From contig CAWJCS010000005.1 of assembly GCA_963841435.1 (NCBI GenBank), forward strand, positions 1,248,001 to 1,312,000: a DNA stretch of 64,000 nt, given 5' to 3'. The notes beneath the pieces were generated by a model. The model had not been told where the DNA came from. It was given only the letters and a program-made list of their open reading frames with translations, and did not search any database. The stretch's first letter is position 1; every line of letters starts with the position of its first letter. Both the position numbers and the translations under genes were made by a program. Of the stretch, positions 18,010-26,305 are shown one piece after another. The stretch is from an uncultured delta proteobacterium. Lineage in GTDB: Bacteria; Myxococcota_A; Polyangia; Polyangiales; Polyangiaceae.

Positions 18010-19371
18010 TCAGTGCCTCGCCAGCACGTTGCGCCCCATGAAGCGCTCGAGATCGGCCGTCACGCGCCGGAGCTCACGGCGGATCCTGTCCTCGAGCCCG
18101 TCGTTGCCGTGAGCGCGGTAGTGCTCGAGCGCCCGCAGAAACACGTCGCCTAGCCGGTCCTCGGCGCGAGTCTTGTAGGGCGTGGACCAGTCGGCGGGGG
18201 CTTCCGGCGCGAGCGCCGCATATTCGAGGCCGAGCCGCTGGCCGCCGAAGAAGGCATTTTCGCGGGAAAACTCGGGCAAGCCCCACGAGTCCTTGAGCGG
18301 CGGGATGATGTTGGTGAAGCGGTAACGCCGCCCGAGCTGCTCGGGGTCGAAGTACAGAATCTTGGCGAGCTCCCAGGCGAGCTCGGGGTGGCGCGTTGCC
18401 TTCGTGATGGCGAGCCCCGAGCCGCCCCACACGCTCGTGCGACGACCACCGGCATGCCAGGCAGGCATGGGCATCACGCGCATGAGCCCCTCGAGGTTCG
18501 GCGCTTCGAGCTCGATGGCATGGGTGCGCCAATCCGGCATGATGTAAAAAACCGCGAGCCCGTCCTTGATCGCCTTGTAGAGCGCCTGCCCCCAGCCGCA
18601 CTGCGTGGCGATGCGGGTCTTGCCCTCGACCGCGCGCACGTACCAGGCGATGGTTTCGACCGTGGCGGGCTGGTCCATCACGAGGGTGCCCTCGGCGTCG
18701 AACAGGCTGACGCCCTGCTGGAGCAAGAGGATCTCGAGCCCCCAGGGCTCGCCGAGCGGCAGGTCGATGAGGTAGCGGTCGACGACGCCGTCGCCGTCGA
18801 GGTCCTTCATGAACTTCGGCTTGAGCGCGATGAAGTCGTCCCAGGTCTTGATCGAGGCCGGGTCGACGCCCGCCTGGTCGAGCAGGTCCGCGCGGTACGC
18901 GAGCATCACCGGGTGCACGTCGTGGGGCAGCGCGAAGACGTGGCCGCGCGACGACCAAAGGCTGAGCCGCGACTCGACGAGGCGTTTTTTGAGCCCCTCG
19001 CGCTCCAGCCGCTCGGTGAGGTCGACGAAGCCCACGTCCTCGAGCGGGCCGCGCGTGAAGAACGCGATATCGCCCGCGCCGATCTCGACCATGTCCGGCA
19101 CGGGCGTGTGCGCCAACATCGCATTTTGCAGGCGCGTTTGCAGCGCGCGCTGGTGCACGAGCTCGACCGAGACGCGCACGCCGTGCTTCTGCTCGAACGC
19201 CGGCACAACGTCGCGGTACGCCTCGAGATGATTGACGGCGAAGGTGGCGAACACGAGGTCGGGCTTCGTGTCGGCGCGCAGGCGCTGGGTGACGACCACG
19301 AGCAGGGTCGAAACGAGCGCCAGCACCGTTAGCCAGAACGGCGCCTTGCCGAACGGAAAGCGTTCGACCAT
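18010..19371 (-). CDS. Carbohydrate ABC transporter substrate-binding protein (AraN-like, family 1)
   Basis: N-terminal hydrophobic anchor, PDMVEI, ALPHDVHPVMLAYRADL, WGGSGLAI; first gene of the permease operon. Confidence 0.9.
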   Translation of the reverse strand: MVERFPFGKAPFWLTVLALVSTLLVVVTQRLRADTKPDLVFATFAVNHLEAYRDVVPAFEQKHGVRVSVELVHQRALQTRLQNAMLAHTPVPDMVEIGAGDIAFFTRGPLEDVGFVDLTERLEREGLKKRLVESRLSLWSSRGHVFALPHDVHPVMLAYRADLLDQAGVDPASIKTWDDFIALKPKFMKDLDGDGVVDRYLIDLPLGEPWGLEILLLQQGVSLFDAEGTLVMDQPATVETIAWYVRAVEGKTRIATQCGWGQALYKAIKDGLAVFYIMPDWRTHAIELEAPNLEGLMRVMPMPAWHAGGRRTSVWGGSGLAITKATRHPELAWELAKILYFDPEQLGRRYRFTNIIPPLKDSWGLPEFSRENAFFGGQRLGLEYAALAPEAPADWSTPYKTRAEDRLGDVFLRALEHYRAHGNDGLEDRIRRELRRVTADLERFMGRNVLARH

Positions 19372-19481
19372 GGAGCGGGGAGCCTACACGACCCCCGACC
19401 GTCCGCACCCGCGTTTTGTGGGCGGCTCGCGCTCGCGGAGCGGGAGAGAGTGACGCGCCGCTCGGAGCGCGTCAGCTCAAG

Positions 19482-20513
19482 TCAGCGCCGTCGGCGGGTC
19501 TCGTCGAAATCGGTGCCGACGCCGCGCGCTTCGTCCTGCCAGATGCGACGAGCGCGAGCGGCCCGCGCCTTGCGCGCACCGAGATGCTCGCGCGGCGTCG
19601 TCCCGAGGAGCTTGCGATACACGCGGAAGAACTGCGCATAGCTGCCGAACCCGGCCTCGAGCGCGGCTCGCAGCAAGCTGTCGTTGCCGCGCTGCACGGA
19701 GCGCAGGAAGCGTTCGATGCGCAACCGGTTCCGGTATTCGACCAGCGAAAGGCCCATCTCGTGCTTGAACGAACGCGCGAGGTGGCCGGGGCTGATGCCC
19801 ATCTCGTGCGCGATGCGCTCGCCCGTCACGACGGGGTCGCGCTCGAGGGCGCGGAGCGCGCGCTGCGCCAGCGTCGAGGGTTCACCGGATTCGGGCAGCG
19901 GGCGCCAGCCAATCCCGTCGCGCCGGTGAACGAGCAGATTCGCAAGAAGGCCACAAAATACTGCCGCCCGTGCCTGCTTCCCCGCGTCCATCGACACATG
20001 AGAGATGGCGGTGTCGTTGTACATGACGCCAACCAGATCGCCGCTGGACACCAGGGGTGTAACCGCCAGCCAGCCGTGCCCGATCACGACGCTGCGGTCC
20101 TCCTCTTCTGCGAAGTGGCGCACGTCGTCGAAGTAGAGCCAGAGGGCACCGTTGTGTTGGGTGCGAAGGAGCGCCTCGTGATCGTCCTCGCTGCACTCGT
20201 GATGTAGTCCGCGCTCATCCGTTGTCTCACCTTGTGCGCCAGTGCCCCAGGTGCCACGAAGGATCTGCCGCGGCGCACCCGGATCGCGCAGGTAAAGCGC
20301 CACGCGCTCCAAACCGATGCGTTCGCGCGCGAGCTCGACGGCGCGCTTCAGCATCTCGTCCGGCTCGCGGTACTGGACGAGCTCATCGACGGCGGCGAGC
20401 AGGCCCATCACCTCTTGCCATTCGGAGCTCGAGGGCGCGCGGGGCTCCGCTGGCTCACCCCCCAGGGCCAAGGACCGACTCAAGAGACGACTGGGACGGA
20501 TCTCGAGTGACAT
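19482..20513 (-). CDS. AraC-family transcriptional regulator with N-terminal GAF-like domain
   Basis: C-terminal ISPGHLARSFKHEMG..YRNRLRI..AALEAGFGSYAQFFRVYRKLLGTTPRE; N-terminal GAF-like segment (AVELARERIGLERVALYL ... TPLVSSGDLVGVM). Confidence 0.9.
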   Translation of the reverse strand: MSLEIRPSRLLSRSLALGGEPAEPRAPSSSEWQEVMGLLAAVDELVQYREPDEMLKRAVELARERIGLERVALYLRDPGAPRQILRGTWGTGAQGETTDERGLHHECSEDDHEALLRTQHNGALWLYFDDVRHFAEEEDRSVVIGHGWLAVTPLVSSGDLVGVMYNDTAISHVSMDAGKQARAAVFCGLLANLLVHRRDGIGWRPLPESGEPSTLAQRALRALERDPVVTGERIAHEMGISPGHLARSFKHEMGLSLVEYRNRLRIERFLRSVQRGNDSLLRAALEAGFGSYAQFFRVYRKLLGTTPREHLGARKARAARARRIWQDEARGVGTDFDETRRRR

Positions 20514-20711
20514 GGTGGTTGTGCACAAAGTATTACCTCATCGCAGGCCACCGGGCGACGCCTGCGTGCATTTCTGCTGGAGGCTGGGGCTCGACGCCGC
20601 GGAGGCGGCGTGGCATCTGAGCGCGTTTCCTTGAAGAACCCGCTGAAACGACCGGGCAACCGGGCGCCGAATGCGCGACCTCGAACGCCCCCGCTCGGCC
20701 AATTTTACAGA

Positions 20712-22184
20712 ATGGCTGCGCGGGCGTTGGGACTTGCACTGCTCCCATCGCTGGTGGGGGGGTGCGCCGCGGACGCAGGCGGCGAGGCGCCTCCCGGCAA
20801 TCCGGGCGCCGCGGCGACCGTGGCCACCGTCGAGCTCGGGACGCGCGAGCAGACAATCGACGGGTTCGGCGCCTCGAGCGCCTGGACCGCGCCCGACCTT
20901 TCCGACGAGCTCTCGGACGAGCTCTTCTCGGTCAACCGAGGCATCGGGCTCTCGCTCCTCCGCTTGCGCATCGCGCCCGACGGCACCACCGGGGAGCTCG
21001 AAACGGCGAAGAAGGCCATCGAGCGTGGCGCGCGCGTCTGGGCGAGCCCGTGGTCGCCGCCCGGCGAATGGAAGACGAGCGGCACCGCCGAAAACGGGGG
21101 GGCGCTGCTCGCCGCGCACTACGACGACTGGGCGGAGCGACTCGCTTCGTTCGCGGCATCGTGCGAGGAGCAGGGTGTGTCTCTGCTCGAGCTGTCGGCG
21201 CAGAACGAGCCGAACTTCGAAGCGGGCTGGGAGACCTGCAAGTGGCAGCCCGGGGAGCTCACGCGATTCATCGGCGATCACCTCGGTCCCGCACTGGACG
21301 CCCGCGGCGTCGACGTGCGTGTGCTCGCGCCGGAGACGCAGGACTGGCGGACGCTCGCCGAGTACGCCGGTCCGTTGCTCGACGACGCGGCGGCGAGCTC
21401 CTACGTCGGGGTGATCGCCGTCCACGGTTACGACGGCGCGAATCAACCCTTTCCGAGGGCGGCCGAGAGCGGCCGAGAGCTCTGGGTCACCGAGCTCGAC
21501 GACAACCTGCGCGGCGACCAAAGCTCGGGGTTCGACCCCGGCATGAGCTCGGGCCTCAAGGTCGCGCAGAAGCTCCACGACGACCTGGGCGGCGCTCGCG
21601 CGAGCGCGTGGCACTACTGGTGGCTCATGCCACGCGGTGACTTGCCGCTGCGCGACAACGGCGCCCTCACCGACGGCGAGAGCCTCACGCGGCGCGCGTA
21701 CGTGCTCGGAAACTTCAGCCGCTTCGTACGGCCCGGATTCGTACGAGTCGACGCCACGAGCGCGCCCCAGCGCGACGTGCGCGTGACGGCGTTTCGCGAC
21801 GCGCCGGGCGCCAGGCTCGTGATCGTGGCGACGAACCTGGGGTCGTCGGACGTGAGCCAGGGCTTCGCGGTGGCGGGCGGCACGCTCGACAGCGTGACCC
21901 CGTTCGTCACCTCGGACGCCTTCGCGCTGGAGGAAGGGACTGACGAACCCGTGGTCGACGGCTCCTTCACCGTGACGCTCGGCGCCCGCAGCGTGACGAC
22001 GTTCGTCGCCGACGTCACGGAAGCCGCAGAACCGCAGCCGCCGCCCGCGCCGGAACGACAACCGCAGCCCGTCTCGACCGAGTCGGGCTGCTCGTGTCGA
22101 ACCGCGGGCCCCCGCGCCGGCGCGGCGCCGCTAGTCGCGCTCCTCGCGCTGCTGTTCGCGGCGCGACGGCGGCGGAGCGCCTGA
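20712..22184 (+). CDS. Glucuronoxylanase-like glycoside hydrolase family 30 with lipobox and MYXO-CTERM-type tail
   Basis: QTIDGFGAS, GLSLLRLRI, ASPWSPP..WK, AQNEP (acid/base), LWVTE (nucleophile), WHYWW, FSRFVRPG; tail SGCSCR..hydrophobic..RRRR. Confidence 0.9.
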   Translation: MAARALGLALLPSLVGGCAADAGGEAPPGNPGAAATVATVELGTREQTIDGFGASSAWTAPDLSDELSDELFSVNRGIGLSLLRLRIAPDGTTGELETAKKAIERGARVWASPWSPPGEWKTSGTAENGGALLAAHYDDWAERLASFAASCEEQGVSLLELSAQNEPNFEAGWETCKWQPGELTRFIGDHLGPALDARGVDVRVLAPETQDWRTLAEYAGPLLDDAAASSYVGVIAVHGYDGANQPFPRAAESGRELWVTELDDNLRGDQSSGFDPGMSSGLKVAQKLHDDLGGARASAWHYWWLMPRGDLPLRDNGALTDGESLTRRAYVLGNFSRFVRPGFVRVDATSAPQRDVRVTAFRDAPGARLVIVATNLGSSDVSQGFAVAGGTLDSVTPFVTSDAFALEEGTDEPVVDGSFTVTLGARSVTTFVADVTEAAEPQPPPAPERQPQPVSTESGCSCRTAGPRAGAAPLVALLALLFAARRRRSA

Positions 22185-22195
22185 GGCGCGTGCCC

Positions 22196-23338
22196 ATGGA
22201 CCCAGCGCTCGTCCCGGCGCTCTACGACGCACTCACCGTGGCGCGTCTCGGCTCGGTCGCCGCGGCCGCGAAACGGCTCGGCAAGACGCCATCGGCCGTA
22301 AGCCAGCAAATCCGTCACCTCACGGACGCGCTCGGCGTGCAGCTCTTCGAGCGCCGCGGCCGGGGGCTCGCGCTCACACCGGCAGCGGCGCAGGTGCTGC
22401 CGGCGGCGACGCGCTTGTTCGACGAAGCCGAGACGGTGTTCCGCCTGTTCGGCGAGCTCGAGGGCACGGCGACGACGACGCTCAGGCTCGCGGCGAGCGA
22501 CTACCTCGCACGCCCGCTACTCGTGCCGGTGCTGCGCGATCTTGCCGCGCAGGGGGTGCCGCTCCACTTCGAGATCTCGACGGTGCACTCCGAGGAAGCC
22601 CTCGCGCGGCTCGAGCACGGCGACGTCGAGCTCGCGATCGTCGCATTTTCGGGCAACCGAAGCGGGCTCGAGGCCCGCGTGCTGTTCGAGCAACCGTTCT
22701 ACTGGGTCGGACCGACGCGACCGGGCGCCTCGCGCGGTCTGGTCGAGCGCCTCCTTTCAGGCGAGCCGCTGCTCAGGCTGGCGCCGGGAAGCACGGGCCG
22801 GAGGCTCCTCGACGGCTTCGTCACCGATCGTGGGATACGGCCGCGTTCGACGATCGACGTCCCGAGCGTTTCACTGCTGCTCGCTTACGCCATGGGCGGC
22901 GTGGGTGTCGGCCTGGTACCGGGGCTCGCGCTCGGCGACGGCGCACCGCGCGGCGTGACGGTGGAACGCGCGAGCGTCCCCGATCTCCCGGTACGGCTCG
23001 CGATCCGCGCCCGGCAACGTCCAGCGCCGGCGGTCGAGGAGTTCATCGAGCGGCTCGAACGCGAAGCCAACGCACTCAGGCCCCGGCTCGCGGCGCTGCC
23101 GGGCGCGACCGGTGGCCGCCACCCCGGCGCGCGACAAGCGCGTGCGACGCCGTCGCTGACTCAGAACAGCACGAACTCGGAATCACCCGCGGAGCCGCCG
23201 CGGCCCGCCTGGCTCGCGCCGGCGCTCCCCGCGGAGCCGCCGAAACCGCCGGTCGCAGCTGAGCTCGTGCCACCGGTCGCCGCGGGCACGCCCGTCTCCA
23301 CGGCGCCGGCCTCGCCACCGCCACCTTCGTCGTCGTAA
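22196..23338 (+). CDS. LysR-family transcriptional regulator (3' end runs into the opposite-strand gene)
   Basis: HTH GSVAAAAKRLGKTPSAVSQQIRHL..LGVQLFERRGRGLALTPAA. The substrate-binding domain ends near 23090 and is followed by an atypical tail. Confidence 0.88.
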   Translation: MDPALVPALYDALTVARLGSVAAAAKRLGKTPSAVSQQIRHLTDALGVQLFERRGRGLALTPAAAQVLPAATRLFDEAETVFRLFGELEGTATTTLRLAASDYLARPLLVPVLRDLAAQGVPLHFEISTVHSEEALARLEHGDVELAIVAFSGNRSGLEARVLFEQPFYWVGPTRPGASRGLVERLLSGEPLLRLAPGSTGRRLLDGFVTDRGIRPRSTIDVPSVSLLLAYAMGGVGVGLVPGLALGDGAPRGVTVERASVPDLPVRLAIRARQRPAPAVEEFIERLEREANALRPRLAALPGATGGRHPGARQARATPSLTQNSTNSESPAEPPRPAWLAPALPAEPPKPPVAAELVPPVAAGTPVSTAPASPPPPSSS

Positions 23339-23430
23339 CGCCCGCCGAGCCGGTGTCGCTCCAGGCAGGCCACGGCGAGAGGCAGCGTCAGGACGACGCC
23401 GAGCGTCCACAGCGTGCGCGAGCGGGCCAC
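23161..23430 (-). CDS. Short lipoprotein consisting only of signal peptide and Gly-rich linker (probably truncated)
   Basis: GTG start adjacent to the upstream TGA (23432-23434), lipobox LAVAC, GGTSSAATGGFGGSAG linker, then a stop. Confidence 0.6.
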   Translation of the reverse strand: MARSRTLWTLGVVLTLPLAVACLERHRLGGRYDDEGGGGEAGAVETGVPAATGGTSSAATGGFGGSAGSAGASQAGRGGSAGDSEFVLF

Positions 23431-23431
23431 G

Positions 23432-24367
23432 TCAGTCGAGCTCCCCCGCCTCGAACAGCTCGCGCAGGCGCGCCGCGTAGCGGCTGCTCGGCTGCGCAGC
23501 AATGAACGCACGCGCGTCGCGCCTGGCCGCTTCGCGCTCGTCGAGCGCAAGCTCCGCCTCGACGCGCAGAACGACGACCTCCGTCGCCAGCACCCCGCCG
23601 GGCCAGCGCTCCTGGTAGCGCTTGAGCTGCGCGAACGCGTCGTTCGGCCGCCCCTGGCGCAGCGCTTGCCGGGCCTGGTCGACCATCGAGACTTCCTCGG
23701 CAATCGAAACGCCGTGGCCCGACGACTTCTTTGCATCCGACGGCGCGCCCTCGGTCACCTCGTTCGCCGGCGGTGACGGGGCCGGGAAGGCGGCGCGCGC
23801 CTCCGGAGGTTGCACGGCCGGTGACAGCGGCGCGACGAGCGCGCGCTCGACCGCGGCGTTGGGCTTCTCGCCCGCGGTGCGCCCGGCGATGAGCGCGGGC
23901 GACGGCGCGCGAGGCGGCGAAGCTTGCGGCTCACCCGCTGCGGCCTCGACCGGAAAGGCCGCGACCGGGGGCCCGCCGGGGGGCACCTCGCGCGGCGACG
24001 GCGTCGGTTCGGCACGCTTCGGCGCCGTGGCGGGCGCGACGGCGCCCGGTGCCGCGGGCGTGCCACGGTGCAGCTCGACGCGTGCGCCGTGAACGGGCTG
24101 TCGGGTCAAGAGCACGGTGCCCGCTCCCGCGCTCATGACGCCGAATGCGCCCACCACCACCCACTTCGACCCGGCGGCGGCCAGCGCGCGAGCCGCGACC
24201 CCGGTCGCCGTGGAAGCAGCGGCGAGCGGCGCGGTCGCCGTGAGACCGACGCCGAGCGCCGCCGCCGCGCGTTGGGCGGCACCCCGCGCGGGCACGTCGC
24301 CGCGCCCCGCACCGAGCAGCGCTCGGTCGAAATCGTCGAGATCCGTGTCGCCGGACGCGTCGCTCAC
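23432..24367 (-). CDS. Putative anti-sigma factor: short N-terminal domain, TM helix, Pro-rich linker, C-terminal TPR-like domain (module 1)
   Basis: GTGA overlap with the sigma stop; TM KWVVVGAFGVMSAGAGTVLL; C-terminal SIAEEVSMVDQARQAL..YQERWPGGVLATE..FIAAQPSSRYAARL. Confidence 0.75.
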   Translation of the reverse strand: MSDASGDTDLDDFDRALLGAGRGDVPARGAAQRAAAALGVGLTATAPLAAASTATGVAARALAAAGSKWVVVGAFGVMSAGAGTVLLTRQPVHGARVELHRGTPAAPGAVAPATAPKRAEPTPSPREVPPGGPPVAAFPVEAAAGEPQASPPRAPSPALIAGRTAGEKPNAAVERALVAPLSPAVQPPEARAAFPAPSPPANEVTEGAPSDAKKSSGHGVSIAEEVSMVDQARQALRQGRPNDAFAQLKRYQERWPGGVLATEVVVLRVEAELALDEREAARRDARAFIAAQPSSRYAARLRELFEAGELD

Positions 24368-24969
24368 GGCACCCCCTCGAGACTTTCGCGCATGCGGGCG
24401 GCGGCCCGGTGAAAGGCCTGTCGTGCACGCCTCAAGCGTGACGCCACCGTGCCGACTGGAATGCCGCACGTCACGGCAATCTCCTTCTCGGAGAAGCCCT
24501 CGAGCTCGAACAGCACGAGCGTCGTGCGCAGCTCGTGTGGCAGCTCGTCCAGAGCGCGATCGAGCAGCTCCCTCAGCCGCCGCTCCTCGAGCAACACTTC
24601 CGCGGACGGCGTCGTCGACACCGCGGCGTGGACCGCGGCGTGATCGGCAACCTCGTGACGTAGCGCCGACGCCCGACGTCGATTGGCCGCAACGCGCATC
24701 GCGATGCCGAAGAGGTAGCGAAGCTCCTGGCCGTCACGGATCTCGTCCAGCCGGCGCGCAAAGACGATGAACACCTCTTGCGTGGCGTCTTCGGCGGCAC
24801 TCTCGGGCACTCCGAAGCGTCGCACGGCGCGCCACACCGCATCGAAGTGCCCCGTGAGCAGTCGCGACAGCCGCGCCGGGTTCTCCCGGGCAACATCGAC
24901 TCTCGCTACCGGCTCCTTCCCCTCGTTCACGAGGATCGCGGGGAAAGAGAAGGTCACCTCCGGACGCAT
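24364..24969 (-). CDS. ECF-type RNA polymerase sigma-70 factor (module 1)
   Basis: Region 2 VWRAVRRFGVPESAAEDATQEVF; region 4 LFELEGFSEKEIA..IPVGTVASRLRRAR. Confidence 0.95.
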   Translation of the reverse strand: MRPEVTFSFPAILVNEGKEPVARVDVARENPARLSRLLTGHFDAVWRAVRRFGVPESAAEDATQEVFIVFARRLDEIRDGQELRYLFGIAMRVAANRRRASALRHEVADHAAVHAAVSTTPSAEVLLEERRLRELLDRALDELPHELRTTLVLFELEGFSEKEIAVTCGIPVGTVASRLRRARQAFHRAAARMRESLEGVP

Positions 24970-25008
24970 CGTACCTCCGCCGGGCAACACCCCAGGCAGC
25001 TCCGATTA

Positions 25009-26235
25009 TCACTCGAATACGGCCAGGACGCCAAGGCGGCTCGAGAAGCCCAGGGCGGGCACCTCCAGCGCCGTCGTGTCGGGGCCCTGGGGATCGAAGT
25101 AGAATTCGTGTCTTATCAGCGGAACCACGAGGCCCCCCTCGGCGAAAAAGCCGAGATGGCGGAGCAGCCGTGCCCCGACACGGCCCATCGCGCCGAGCGC
25201 CACCCAGCGCGCGGAGACCTGATCGGGCGCGGAGGTCGCCTTGCCAATGCCCTCGAGCACGCCCATCTCCGCGAAAGGGCAGGGCCGCACGTCGATGACC
25301 GAGACCTTGGGGAACCTCAGCGGACAGAAAAGGAGCCGGGCCCCCGAGAAACGAAATTCACCCGTCCCGGACGGCGTCGACACGCTCGTCGTCTGAGTGC
25401 GCGTGATCGACACCTCGAGCAGCGGGCTCACGAAGCTCGTGCGCCCGAGCTCCACGGTCACCGCGAGGGCGATGCCCACCGCGAGCTCGGGGGTCGTGGC
25501 CCCCTCGAGGGCGAGGCCTGGGCCGAAGCCGAACGCCCAGCGTCCCAGTTTCCCCGCGTTCGGCTGCTCGCGAGCTTTGGGCCCGGCGCTGATGACGGCC
25601 AGAGCAAGCGGCGCACTCGCCCTCGCGGGGGGTGGCGCCGGCCTCGGCCGCGCGGGGCGAGCTTTCGGAGCTTTCGGGGGTGAAGCCGGTGGCGCGCGGC
25701 GCGGTGCCGCACCGACGGCCCGCGGTGCGTTCGCCCGGGGCCGACGAGCCGGCGCGCGCGTGCCCTCTTCGGCGCCCAGTCGCGCCACGCCGGCGGCTCC
25801 ACCGCCTCCTCCCTCGTCGCCCGGCGCCATACCCGGCGGCAAGGGCTCGAGCGACGCGTTCGGGTCAACCAGCACTGCGGCAATGAGCGCCATCGCGGAC
25901 ACCACTTCCTGACAGGTCGCGCCGGGGACCTCGCGCTCCGTGAGCGTTCCGTCGGGCTCTTCGACGGTGAGCCGCCCGAGCGGCCGCTTCGCGCTGCCCA
26001 CCAACTCGACGCGAAAGACGACCGCGCGCTCACCGGCCCGCGCTTCGCGCACGCGGTCGGTCCTGCGCAAGAGTTGCACCCCAAACGTTTCACCACTCGG
26101 ACAGGTGGCGCCTGCCACGCTTTCGACGCGAATCGGAGTCCGCGGCTCGGCGGCACCGGCGCGCGCGAGAGACACGAAACCCACCGCGAGACCCGCGAGG
26201 ACGCCAAGCAGCCGACCCGCGACCGGCCCTGCCAT
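25009..26235 (-). CDS. Secreted protein: small Cys-bridged N-terminal domain, Pro-rich linker, C-terminal predicted small beta-barrel (module 1)
   Basis: Signal peptide; CPS...REVPGATCQEVVSAMALIAAVLVDP; amphipathic strands ending GVLAVFE; homologous to 49802-50839. Confidence 0.7.
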   Translation of the reverse strand: MAGPVAGRLLGVLAGLAVGFVSLARAGAAEPRTPIRVESVAGATCPSGETFGVQLLRRTDRVREARAGERAVVFRVELVGSAKRPLGRLTVEEPDGTLTEREVPGATCQEVVSAMALIAAVLVDPNASLEPLPPGMAPGDEGGGGGAAGVARLGAEEGTRAPARRPRANAPRAVGAAPRRAPPASPPKAPKARPARPRPAPPPARASAPLALAVISAGPKAREQPNAGKLGRWAFGFGPGLALEGATTPELAVGIALAVTVELGRTSFVSPLLEVSITRTQTTSVSTPSGTGEFRFSGARLLFCPLRFPKVSVIDVRPCPFAEMGVLEGIGKATSAPDQVSARWVALGAMGRVGARLLRHLGFFAEGGLVVPLIRHEFYFDPQGPDTTALEVPALGFSSRLGVLAVFE

Positions 26236-26305
26236 CCTGACGACCGTTAGCACCGCTCCGAACGGCCTGGGATTCTGCTAACGTCCCGGGCCCGCGAGCG
26301 TCGGT

